64,000 nt of DNA, from positions 56,668,001 to 56,732,000 of the forward strand of contig NW_027266264.1 of the NCBI RefSeq assembly GCF_022045235.1, in the 5' to 3' direction. Positions 51,301 to 56,840 of this stretch are shown here, piece by piece. Made by a program: the position numbers and the translations under genes. The DNA is from Haliotis cracherodii (Eukaryota). How positions within the stretch are numbered: position 1 is the first letter of the stretch; every line of letters begins with the position of its first letter. The notes below the pieces were generated by a model. It was given only the letters and a program-made list of their open reading frames with translations. It was not told the DNA's origin and ran no database searches.

Positions 51301-51750
51301 AAGTCTCCTTGACATAATCAACTAAGTCGTGAACGATCACAAACAAAACTTATCGACTGTCCAAAGCAAGTCCAATCCAGTACAATTCCTTACCTGTCTG
51401 AGGTCGATGTAGATTACTGCATGTAAATTTGCAGTTGACTTCGGAAAGGCTGGAAGTGACAGATTCCCAGAGTTGATGATGGAGTCGAAGTTAGTGCTCT
51501 GCCATTTAGTGTCCGACTTGCCGTCCACCATGGCGCTCGGTGGGTGGACGGTGACGTTACTACATGTCATCTGTTGTCGGACTCTGTCCGCTTTGTCCAC
51601 ATCCTTGTGGTTATAGTAAGACTCCGGACCAAACTGACCACATGTGTACAATGCCTGGATTGGCCTGTTGAGAGCGACATTGACCGGTACTCCATTCACG
51701 ACGCCCATGCACGTTAGGAACACCCCCACAGTCAGCAGCGATGTCGCCAT
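3195..51750 (-). CDS. Laminin-family chain, multi-exon gene (32 coding exons in window, 3' end outside window); LN-LE-LF-LE-L4-LE-coiled coil
   Basis: Manual splicing of 32 GT-AG exons gives one open frame with consistent phases (summed length 5245 nt). It has a signal peptide, LN motifs, many 8-Cys laminin EGF repeats, LF and L4 domains and a heptad-rich tail. Confidence 0.95.
3572..3911 (+). mobile_element. Internally deleted mariner element
   Basis: TIRs tacgaggggcgttctttaagttttgcaac / gttgcaaaacttattgaaagccctgtgta; the interior translates to a mariner C-terminus (LAPSDYFLF...LRGRRF...CIEVNGDYIEK*). Confidence 0.88.
4105..4270 (-). mobile_element. tRNA-derived SINE family A
   Basis: A box TAGCCTAGTG, B box GTTCGATTCC, (ACTC)n tail, TSD ccaattt(a/t)tgcaata. 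Confidence 0.9.
4410..4559 (-). CDS. Laminin exon 31 (coiled coil)
   Basis: atttag|AATVAGLLAKE...QLNDLQTKV...AQ|gtaaaa; phase 0-0. Confidence 0.83.
5005..5162. repeat. Degenerate ~65-bp tandem triplication
   Basis: Repeated ttaatgttcatttctaccaaatctagg motif. Confidence 0.6.
5195..5329 (-). CDS. Laminin exon 30 (coiled coil)
   Basis: tttcag|YRSQGTGGGSLSLNFSPQLDRANTTYLQI...EGQ|gtcagt; an in-frame alternative acceptor lies 27 nt upstream. Confidence 0.8.
5308..5830. repeat. 74-86-bp tandem repeat containing the exon 30 acceptor
   Basis: Unit ccagtgccctgactgcggtactgaaacatcacatcgtcatcagtctcctgtacatgctgca(tcac)n; the first unit overlaps the exon. Confidence 0.95.
5982..6158 (-). CDS. Laminin exon 29 (coiled coil)
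   Basis: ctatag|VASLNMAAGLQK...YNVTAQT|gtacaa; the donor is weak, so the 3' boundary is less certain. Confidence 0.75.
6842..6982 (-). CDS. Laminin exon 28 (coiled coil)
   Basis: SLHTQLEQAMTDL...QVEQLKQK; phase 0-0. Confidence 0.85.
7232..7385 (-). mobile_element. SINE family A, degenerate
   Basis: Similar to the 4105 and 59966 copies. Confidence 0.75.
7441..7562 (-). CDS. Laminin exon 27 (CxxC + coiled-coil start)
   Basis: GCDVCSTSLGNDTRKLEEKW...DKELQ|gtaagg; phase 1-0. Confidence 0.9.
7631..7790 (-). mobile_element. Interspersed repeat family B (SINE-like, (AAAC)n tail), partial
   Basis: ctggaccagacaatccagtgat core shared with the 28880, 30385, 38195 and 46967 copies. Confidence 0.85.
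7815..8500. repeat. Interspersed repeat family, copy 1 (copy 2 at 10785-11260)
   Basis: Shared blocks ggattgactgtg..ttcggttcattga, tgtttcaaataacatggtca, tgggcgtggctta, accaattcagc.aatca. Confidence 0.85.
9392..9544 (-). CDS. Laminin exon 26 (last LE)
   Basis: ACNCNLTGAVGG...CDKATGQCPCKPGVTGRTCDSC...GCK; phase 1-1. Confidence 0.92.
9682..9837 (-). CDS. Laminin exon 25 (LE)
   Basis: GCQACNCVEKGS...CDTCVDGYFGLPDQECT; phase 1-1. Confidence 0.93.
9920..10427. mobile_element. Foldback/Mutator-like MITE with ~90-bp TIRs and 10-bp TSD
   Basis: aatctcattaaaat...gttctcgctaccgc.aaacaaagatctgaggacat inverted at both ends; flanked by gttaaatctc direct repeat. Confidence 0.88.
10785..11260. repeat. Interspersed repeat family, copy 2
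   Basis: Direct copy of 7815-8500 blocks. Confidence 0.85.
11375..12230. repeat. Old interspersed repeat (second copy 29700-30770, interrupted)
   Basis: aaagctcacaataaacaatgtaa, tttacacaagt..atcaagctgttat and aagttaagtttg.gaagat occur at both sites. Confidence 0.75.
12905..13083 (+). mobile_element. Helitron/Helentron-type non-autonomous fragment
   Basis: accaagtttggttgagat motif, (GATG/GACA) run and 3' hairpin atccccc...gggggat. Confidence 0.55.
13111..13251 (-). CDS. Laminin exon 24 (LE)
   Basis: CECNSTGSTDAVCDRYNGSCPCYPGVGGRSCNTCLDNYWG; phase 1-1. Confidence 0.93.
13341..13537 (-). CDS. Laminin exon 23 (LE)
   Basis: KCKPFHYGQPSIPGTGSCTACDCNNRTDICDTVTGIC...CELCITGFY; phase 2-1. Confidence 0.92.
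14171..14348 (-). CDS. Laminin exon 22 (LE)
   Basis: [28 protein letters not shown]...YTGDHCD; phase 1-2. Confidence 0.93.
14462..14617 (-). mobile_element. Solo LTR of the tRNA-containing TRIM
   Basis: Reverse complement TGTAGCAGGG...aacctctttggccatgtggacaaggcgtctgacctc...GTTACA matches the LTRs at 29890. Confidence 0.85.
14721..14862 (-). CDS. Laminin exon 21 (LE)
   Basis: SCATGFKR...CEPCTCNNHASTCDPNTGNCLDCQHQTT; phase 0-1. Confidence 0.93.
14994..15107. mobile_element. Short palindromic MITE (related to 54521-54633)
   Basis: Imperfect inverted repeat ...tacaaa..a.ct.agcgcta...tagcgctaagatcactttgta... Confidence 0.7.
15147..15971. mobile_element. Non-autonomous hAT-type element
   Basis: TIR tagggctg.aacga / tcgtt.cagcccta, subterminal cgata repeats, 8-bp TSD (c/t)gaataac. 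Confidence 0.88.
16330..16432 (-). CDS. Laminin exon 20 (L4 end + second half of split LE)
   Basis: LSRLEY...ASSVEKCECGTGYTGLSCE; phase 2-0; not in ORF track. Confidence 0.9.
17456..17800 (-). mobile_element. Tc1/mariner(pogo)-type MITE family E
   Basis: TIR ccgtattcgacgtaataagcgcc, TA flanks; inverted relative to the 20965 and 48767 copies. Confidence 0.92.
18178..20300. repeat. 50-bp near-perfect tandem array (~42 copies) containing the exon 19 donor
   Basis: Unit gaaagcagcatatatcatagaacttactaagacacatgatccgtgtctgt. Confidence 0.97.
20268..20755 (-). CDS. Laminin exon 19 (L4 / laminin B domain)
   Basis: YWRVPQLTGSLLPVYG...EAEWKWENGSAVTRGQFLLALTNVEVILVPA; phase 0-2. Confidence 0.93.
20965..21289 (+). 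mobile_element. MITE family E
   Basis: TIR ccgtattcgacgtaataa...ttattacgtcgaatacgg, TA flanks. Confidence 0.92.
21573..21713 (-). CDS. Laminin exon 18 (LE, split LE before L4)
   Basis: ANAEGLLCNQCKAGSFYLHGNNTKGCLDCVCTGITSQCSSS; phase 0-0. Confidence 0.93.
21725..23378. repeat. 47/48-bp minisatellite with two interleaved variants
   Basis: catcatcaagtcaggt(cctacatt|gagagga)cactgtgtccagtcaacacat.a. Confidence 0.96.
23556..23771 (-). CDS. Laminin exon 17 (LE)
   Basis: ECNCNTTGSQRTWC...CDKATGQCSCK; phase 0-0. Confidence 0.93.
23850..24258. mobile_element. MITE with 15-bp TIR and 6-bp TSD
   Basis: cc(a/g)aactaggctgga inverted ends; ctcttg on both flanks. Confidence 0.75.
24350..26280. repeat. 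20-bp minisatellite (~95 copies)
   Basis: Unit tgtgacaggaagtgggtgaa. Confidence 0.97.
26335..26471 (-). CDS. Laminin exon 16 (LE)
   Basis: CNCASSNVVCDAVTGQCDCPPNTIGLRCDLC; phase 1-0. Confidence 0.92.
27167..27387 (-). CDS. Laminin exon 15 (LF end + LE)
   Basis: CKAGWFSLMSYYLNGPRSCDCSQLG...CDPFGGQCQCKGGVTGRACDKC; phase 2-1. Confidence 0.93.
27785..28209. repeat. Compound (ACACAG/ACTCAG)n microsatellite
   Basis: Directly visible. Confidence 0.95.
28285..28385 (-). CDS. Laminin exon 14 (LF)
   Basis: ttacag|DRLMCAPIEL...KCDVVTNDM|gtatgt; phase 0-2. Confidence 0.85.
28880..29113 (+). mobile_element. Repeat family B
   Basis: agcaacccatgcttgtcgtaagaggcgact...ggattgtctggtccaga...aaacaacaaacaaac. 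Confidence 0.88.
29164..29421. repeat. 43-bp tandem repeat x6 abutting the exon 13 donor
   Basis: Unit cataatccccatggtttcacatctgagagtaatctcccctg(a/t)a. Confidence 0.95.
29427..29566 (-). CDS. Laminin exon 13 (LF)
   Basis: ttgtag|NDPRPMTILFPACPDRWC...LGTLYL|gtaggt; phase 1-0. Confidence 0.82.
29890..30298 (+). mobile_element. Miniature non-autonomous LTR retrotransposon (TRIM) with tRNA-like sequence in the LTRs (Helenus-like)
   Basis: LTR1 29890-30050 and LTR2 30157-30298 (TGTAGC...GCTACA); PBS TGGCGCCCAACGTG at 30052; PPT gacgggggag; 4-bp TSD tctg. Confidence 0.93.
30385..30632 (+). mobile_element. Repeat family B
   Basis: Same core and (AAAC)n tail. Confidence 0.85.
31588..31748 (+). mobile_element. 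SINE family A, full length
   Basis: gggcggtcgggtagcctagtgg...actcactcac; TSD tatctgaagtc. Confidence 0.92.
31855..31972 (-). CDS. Laminin exon 12 (LF)
   Basis: STIKTNIVFPGGTTFNGTCDILIRYSAP... (DILIRY motif); phase 0-1; gtaagt donor. Confidence 0.87.
32288..33200. repeat. 31-32-bp minisatellite grading between two unit types
   Basis: atcaacatgaccacaaacaatcatctcaaga then aacaatcctcatcaccataaacaatcccccctt. Confidence 0.92.
33471..33600 (-). CDS. Laminin exon 11 (start of LF / domain IV type B)
   Basis: ttccag|SVAPGYFSPDIHFIHTEFED...YFGNGYAKLGFG|gtaagg; phase 2-0. Confidence 0.88.
33838..34640. repeat. 33-bp minisatellite (~24 copies)
   Basis: Unit aatagagtcagcttgtaa(c/g)agagg(a/c)aggctct(t/g). 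Confidence 0.96.
34652..35001 (-). mobile_element. tRNA-derived SINE family D
   Basis: B box (ggggatcgaaccc on +), aacaagtaccatcttttaacgtcttttggtatga shared with the 53490-53677 copy. Confidence 0.8.
35621..35729 (-). CDS. Laminin exon 10 (truncated LE5)
   Basis: GCSPCACDLGGASSPTCNKASGQCSCRPNIQGRKCD; phase 1-2. Confidence 0.92.
36754..36874 (+). mobile_element. Penelope-like terminal fragment with hammerhead-like core
   Basis: ttgataa-cggtgt..acacc-gaaacgtc then aataaa; flanked by 19-bp direct repeat agtgtaaacataaattcac. Confidence 0.7.
37342..37494 (-). CDS. Laminin exon 9 (LE4)
   Basis: ACGCDVAGTVG...[24 protein letters not shown]; phase 1-1. Confidence 0.93.
37620..38182. repeat. (ACTC)n-rich low-complexity / degenerate repeat
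   Basis: Repeated ccctaactcactcac, gggacccacc. Confidence 0.75.
38195..38400 (-). mobile_element. Repeat family B
   Basis: Reverse-orientation copy. Confidence 0.88.
38514..38619 (-). CDS. Laminin exon 8 (LE3)
   Basis: [35 protein letters not shown]; phase 0-1. Confidence 0.92.
38655..39560. repeat. ~25-bp degenerate minisatellite
   Basis: tataacaatcacattgtcatcatgt. Confidence 0.92.
39676..40790. mobile_element. Non-autonomous pogo/Tc1-type element
   Basis: TIR cc(a/g)tattttcttgag(t/c)atagtgc, TA flanks, subterminal repeat agaagggggtgc.cattataca. Confidence 0.85.
41101..41276 (-). CDS. Laminin exon 7 (LE2/LE3)
   Basis: GTNCEKCLPNYFRP...DPQACVLCGCNAAGS; phase 1-0. Confidence 0.92.
42155..42286 (-). 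CDS. Laminin exon 6 (LE2)
   Basis: ACNCFNHSTECTY...GGGQCINCQDNTA; phase 1-1. Confidence 0.93.
43373..43565 (-). CDS. Laminin exon 5 (LN end + LE1)
   Basis: QHFAISELEVMAECVCNGHATDC...CERCLPFYNQKAW; phase 0-1. Confidence 0.93.
43566..43745. repeat. 56-57-bp triplication of the exon 5 acceptor + exon start
   Basis: On the minus strand tt(c/t)ag|CGACTCTT...GA.CTGAAAGTAAT repeats three times. Confidence 0.88.
45163..45441 (-). mobile_element. tRNA-derived SINE family C
   Basis: Head ggggcacgggtggcccagtcgtctaaggcg, B box ggttcgaacc, (ACTC)n tail, TSD aagtaatagt; near-identical to 55297. Confidence 0.9.
45481..45646 (-). mobile_element. SINE family A
   Basis: TSD ctcaat(g/a)tatttgt. Confidence 0.9.
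45900..46275 (+). mobile_element. Helentron-associated (DINE-1/pearl-like) element
   Basis: (GTCC)n microsatellite followed by tttccggagcataact; 3' hairpin gccac..gtggc then ctcttgttt. Confidence 0.7.
46967..47193 (+). mobile_element. Repeat family B
   Basis: acccgtgaagatc...(aaac)n. Confidence 0.85.
47411..47488 (-). CDS. Laminin exon 4 (LN)
   Basis: tttcag|EWTRARYIRIEFYEIERTLSPEALRF|gtaagt. Confidence 0.88.
47842..47880 (-). CDS. Laminin exon 3 (LN, 39 nt)
   Basis: tttcag|IQFNFTAVPSELR|gtaaga; phase 0-0; leads into the conserved L-x-E-W motif. Confidence 0.75.
47985..48655. repeat. 34-bp minisatellite
   Basis: atgcagtcagtattttacaataccatcaggtagg. Confidence 0.95.
48767..49101 (+). mobile_element. 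MITE family E
   Basis: Same TIR as 17456 and 20965. Confidence 0.92.
49272..49505 (-). CDS. Laminin exon 2 (LN)
   Basis: ttgcag|SFTVQLLILKLGDAKRPNFMAIHKS...WAY...C...CSRY...FET|gtgagt; phase 0-0. Confidence 0.9.
50463..50656. other. Assembly gap
   Basis: N run in intron 1. Confidence 1.
51394..51750 (-). CDS. Laminin exon 1: signal peptide + start of LN domain
   Basis: MATSLLTVGVFLTCMGVVNG-VPVNVALNRPIQALYTCG...HPPSAMVDGKSDTKWQS...IYIDLRQ; donor CAG|gtaagg. Alternative in-frame ATG at 51789. Confidence 0.9.
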
Positions 51751-52498
51751 TTCTACTGACCGTTTTTTCACTGTGTCGCTTCCGGTCATATCTTTTACAT
51801 TCGGTTAAAATGTGTGTACTCCTTTCCACGATACGGACCTTATTGTACACACCTGTTGTTCATAAATATTTCCGCAATCGATTTACATACGGTGAGATTC
51901 TTGGGGCAGATGCGGTGTCTGTTTGTCGCGGTATCGTCTTTGGAAGTTCTGGAAGCGTTCTGATCTGTCTATTTACCGCTTGGTGTATACGGAGTTCATA
52001 TCGGCTGATGATATGCGCAATAATCAATCAATATAGTTTTGAGTACTTTTGTTAGTCACGAACGTATTGTCGCGTTCAGTTTGCCATTATGTTTCATTTG
52101 CTATAGACCATTCAATGGTTAAACATGTGTTGCACGGTAATCGAAACTAGTGCGCATGCTCAGTTTGCTGTCTGAGTTGTACGTTTAAGACACACCCTAA
52201 TGGACGGTATTGGACTTCTATTTCGAAACTTATGCGTCAGCTGAATAATAAAACATAAAAGGGTCGCAGGCAAGACGTTGATTGTTTTGCTGTCATTACG
52301 ATAAAGGGAACATCAAAGTCAAAATAGTTATAGCCCTATTAAGGAAAATATTGTTTGGGTAACCAGTCATCACATGTGTTGTGCCATACGTCGATGTCAA
52401 TAATACTAACATATCAATAACATAGCGGAAAAAAGACAGCTCATTACAGAGTGTAGCCCACATGGATGCAGTGATGTGGAGATTAACATAATCAATTA

Positions 52499-53024
52499 CC
52501 CCGTTCACATGCACAACATTTACTAACGTAAGTAATTTTGCACACGTATAACTATACATACGTGCGTATGTGTAAATTTGCTATCAACTTTCTTGTGTAA
52601 ATAAGGTATGTAAATTGTGTAAGGCACACATATTCGTCAGTCTGTTTAACACTTTCAACACAAAACAGGGTGTGTTCCAAACAAAGTTTTGACTCCTTGA
52701 AACCAAAAGAAAACACCGTCCGCTCAGCTCTGTATATACGCATAAAAGTTGGTAACTGTTGACAATTTGTTTGATGTTGGCAAAAGAACAGATATTGATC
52801 AGATCATCATCTTACGTTAAAATAAACGTTCACATTGCAACATATACACACTGTGCAAATTTACATTTACATTTGCACCTGCTCCAGACATGATGCAAAT
52901 TTGCTCCTGGTGTAAATATACACACATGAGTAAACGCGTTCACATGACAAGTATACTCATTTATGTATTTCTACACACGTATGCACATATACACACAGAT
53001 GTACAGAGGCGCATGTGAACGGGG
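52499..53024. mobile_element. MITE upstream of the laminin start
   Basis: Inverted ends tta-ccccgttcacatgc / gcatgtgaacgggg-taa. Confidence 0.75.
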
Positions 53025-53321
53025 TAAATGTCTCCTCTCTGTTGATTGGAATGCAGAAGCTGGAGCAGCATCTAGTCTTTTTGATTTCAGTTTTATTTCG
53101 TTTGTTTGTTTTCATTCTTGGCGCGCGGTTGGGAGGGTGAGTGGTTGGTTTAATGGTTTGATTTCACACGAGACCCGGGCCATGTCCTAAAGTGACGAAA
53201 AGCACCATTCGTCACCACTCGCATCTTTCTTGTATCTAGGGAATGGCAGGAGTTGGTCACGCAAGTAGGGTCGGTGCTCGGAATAATAACAAGAAGCAAC
53301 TCGTAAATGAATGTTGTGGTT

Positions 53322-53464
53322 GGAGTGAGTATGGTTTTAGGCCGCTTTTAGCGATATTCCAGTGATATCACGGCGGGGGACACCGAAAAGGGGCTTCACA
53401 CATTGTACTCGTGTCGGGAATCGAACCCGGGTCTTCGCGTGACGACCACTAGGCTACCCGACCG
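53322..53464 (-). mobile_element. SINE family A
   Basis: Family consensus match. Confidence 0.88.
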
Positions 53465-53489
53465 TGTGTGTGTGTGTGTGTGTGTGTGT

Positions 53490-53677
53490 GGCTGCTTGTA
53501 CTAGTCAGGACTGATGCTGATGTATAGTGCTAGCTCACTAGGATACCATGCTGCAGTTTAACAGGGTAACAACAAGTACCATCTTTTAACGTCTTTTGGT
53601 ATGATGCGACCGGTGATCGTGCTGCGGACCTTCCGCTCTCCGGGCGGACGCGCTACCACTGGACCACGGAGGCTGTC
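53490..53677 (-). mobile_element. SINE family D fragment next to (GT)n
   Basis: Shared block with the 34652 copy; tRNA-like head. Confidence 0.75.
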
Positions 53678-54177
53678 AAATTGTCTTGAAAGACATATTT
53701 AGGAGGTTGATGTGTATTTCCAAGGTAATGTCACGAAGGTTCATGTGTTTGATTCTATTTGTGATTTTCGAAAAGGACGATTGTCTTCGAGCAAGACTTG
53801 TCTTACGTCAAACTGAAGTCATATTCGCGAAATAGTTACTTTAACAACACTACTTACCCAAATCAAGTTTTATTATCTCGTTCAATCTGCCCATAAGTGT
53901 TTACCACGACTACACAGCGACAGGGACTCTGTTTCACACAGGGCACTGATTGCCAGTCTAGACGTGTGGAGGAAACAGCCGATGGAGGCTATAAAGGCTC
54001 GTCTTCAAATATTCCACTCATTTAATCACTCATGTAGGATATATCGACCATCAATAACTATATACTAGTATATGATGTATGTTTTATGAGGATGCGTATG
54101 TTCACAGACATTCTCTATACTATATGAATATATAAACAATGTAAACAACGGAAGATAATCCAACTGGTTTTATGGAA

Positions 54178-54885
54178 TACGAGGTCTGGTGGAAAAGTTC
54201 TAAGCCTGACTAACTTTCAACTATGGACCATAACAAAGTGAACTTGTCAATGTAGTACATTGTTTGAGTAGTTCATTGCAAATGTATATAATTTTGGTCT
54301 GTTGAGGCCGTTTACATATTAGTGACATCCACTTAAACGTGATAGGGGCCCAAATGTACACAGAATTGGAAAAGAACGAGTACCGAGCAGTCATCAAGTT
54401 TTTTACTTCAGGGAAAAGTACTCCCCAAGACATTCATGACCGCATGTCACAAGTGTATTCCACTGTTAAATGTTGGGCATCTATGTTTAAGGCTGGTAGA
54501 ACAAGTCTTGATGGTGACAGCTGGGCCTACTTGCACAAAGCGATCTTAGCGCTAAGATGATCTTAACTCCCATACTTTAACATAGGCTTACTATAGTCTC
54601 AGCGCTAAGGTCGCTTTGTGCAAGTGGGCCCAGGTCTGGACGTCCCTCAGTTTCCATCAAAGAAGATTCAATCAAGGCGACAGTAAAACTTATACTGTCA
54701 GGTAGACGTATTACCATTGATGAACCTTTATTGAAACTTTACGAAACTATTATTCATGAACATTTACAGATTGCCATAGTTTCTAAATCATGATCTCGAC
54801 TTGTAAAATCTGCTGTGCGACAATGTGGGTTCGAAGAGCATCATCACCCTACATACTCGCTAGGCCAGGTACCATCTGGTTTCCA
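54178..54885 (+). pseudogene. Decayed mariner transposase
   Basis: TIR-like tacgaggtctg; EKNEYRAVIKFF...IHDRM..VY..STVKCW..FKAGRTSL..D / SGRP; HP.YS..APS remnant at ~54845. Confidence 0.82.
54521..54633. mobile_element. Palindromic MITE inserted into the mariner relic
   Basis: ctgggcc.acttgcacaaagcga.cttagcgct ... agcgctaaggtcgctttgtgcaagtgggcccag. Confidence 0.88.
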
Positions 54886-55296
54886 TTAAATTAGAAGATA
54901 CTATGTTTCCAATGTATAACTATGTACCTGTAGATTTAACCGCGTTAAAAAGAAATTTGGAACGTACAGTCTGTGGTTTCAAATGTTGAATTTAGAGTAA
55001 AATAATGCCAAATTCATGGTAAATTAAAATGTTTGTATTCTTAATTGTGCACAATATATGATGTCCCATCTGATTGCGACACTGATTTTTATCGTTAATC
55101 CTTGAACAAGTGACGAGTGTTTATTTATTTCAGAAGGTCGTAAGACCTTTATTTTCCAGCAAGCGTTTGCATCAAGTTTTCAATTTCAATTGTCTCTTCT
55201 GGATGTTTCACAGGTTGTAAGGGCACATCAACAGTTAAATTCTGGGATAAAAACATACCACTGTGTTTTCATGTTCCACTTGGCGGATTGAAATTG

Positions 55297-55573
55297 TGTG
55301 AGTGAGTTGGGTTTAACGCTGCTTTTAACATTATTACAGTTATATCGCGGCGTGTCAGCTTAATGTGGGAGGAAAGCCCCAAGTGATGCAGGTCTCAGAC
55401 GTTTACCACTTCGGTGAAACCCACGAGCACGGGTATGGTGCTGACAAACCTAGAAACATAATGGGGGCGAACCGGTATTCGAACCCGCAATCATAGGTTT
55501 CTGGCGTGCCCAAGGGACGCAACTCTGCACAACGAATCGCGGCGCCCTAGACGACTGGGCCATCCGTGCCCCC
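55297..55573 (-). mobile_element. SINE family C
   Basis: Copy of 45163; TSD ggattgaaa. Confidence 0.9.
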
Positions 55574-56840
55574 AGGGGGATTGAAAAAAAGGAACACTAT
55601 GTGATCATTTTCTTTTCATTTACCGATAGAAACAAACATAATGTTGAGAAAATACTGCAATCTATGTGACCCATGTTACAAACATTTAAATATGTATATA
55701 TTCAAATGTGTAACAATCATTGTGCCTTTCGTACAATAAATAAATAGCTCATTTGAATTGATATATCAGTAGCATGGTTTGTGCTCATGTTATCAACTGT
55801 TAGGTTGCTAGTCAAGGCTTGTCTGTCAACAGACCGTTGTGATACGGTTTCAGAATACATGGTAAAGCCACCTTTACTCATCCAATATAGTACATATATT
55901 AACTGTTGATTGGGAACCATCTTAGTCAACAAGCCGAATGTGGTTACGGAAACATGCGAGTGGTGACGAAAATTTGGTCACGTTGGAGGTTAGGTGTCCC
56001 GCTACCGTCACGTGACTTAAATTGTCGTCCGCTTCATGTTTTAGACCATTTCCGGAAGATTGGGTTTCTACATCTTTTCTGAAGAATGCAAGGTTATTAT
56101 TGGGTGGAAAAATCACCCAGATTTCGGATACAGCTTGGCGTAGTTTTCCTCCACACGTGCCTGCGTCCAGATCGGCAGCCTAGATTCAGATTGATGATCT
56201 GAGCCCAGATCTATAATCTCTGGCATGGCGTGGGAACGTTGACTGTCGTGGATGGATATAAAAATGCTAAAAACTATATGTCATTGATTCTCACCTGTGA
56301 CCTGTATTAGCGAGGCATGTCCCGGGAAATAGTTACATTTCTCCGTGATGATAATGCCCCCGTTCGACCTTAGGACGCGTGTAGGAATCAGGATTACAAA
56401 CTACAGAATAATGGAACTTGTCCGATACACTATGTTCCAATATTATTGTGAAATTATAATTTTGAAAAACAAGCCCCAGAGACGTCGAGAAAACAAAAAA
56501 AATGCAGTTGAACTGGATCGAGAGATAAGAGACATTTTGGAAAATGACCATTTGGTATACACGAGGAATCTGCTGGGACAATTCCAACTCGCATATTGAA
56601 AATAAAGAAGATGAAAGGGCAGATAACCAATTATTGAGGTAAGAAAGAATAGTTTTCAATCTCATTTTGAATTTCGCGTTTGTCTTCACAGAAAGTTCCT
56701 GTATATATTTTACGTACGCTTCATGACAATCGAAGGGTGAGTGTAGTTCTATGCCGCTTGTAGCACTATTCAAGCAATATCATTACTATTGGCATCGGAC
56801 ACTGACCCATGTGTGGTATCAAACCCATAACACTTGTCTG

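Noticed and set aside
3195-51750. Assigning a gene symbol (LAMA5/LAMB1/LAMC1), or calling it netrin or usherin
   Set aside because: The architecture fits no canonical chain exactly, and there are no NTR or FN3 domains; phylogeny is needed.
55700-56773. Short ORFs and a CpG-richer patch upstream of the gene
   Set aside because: No recognisable domain or consistent exon chain.
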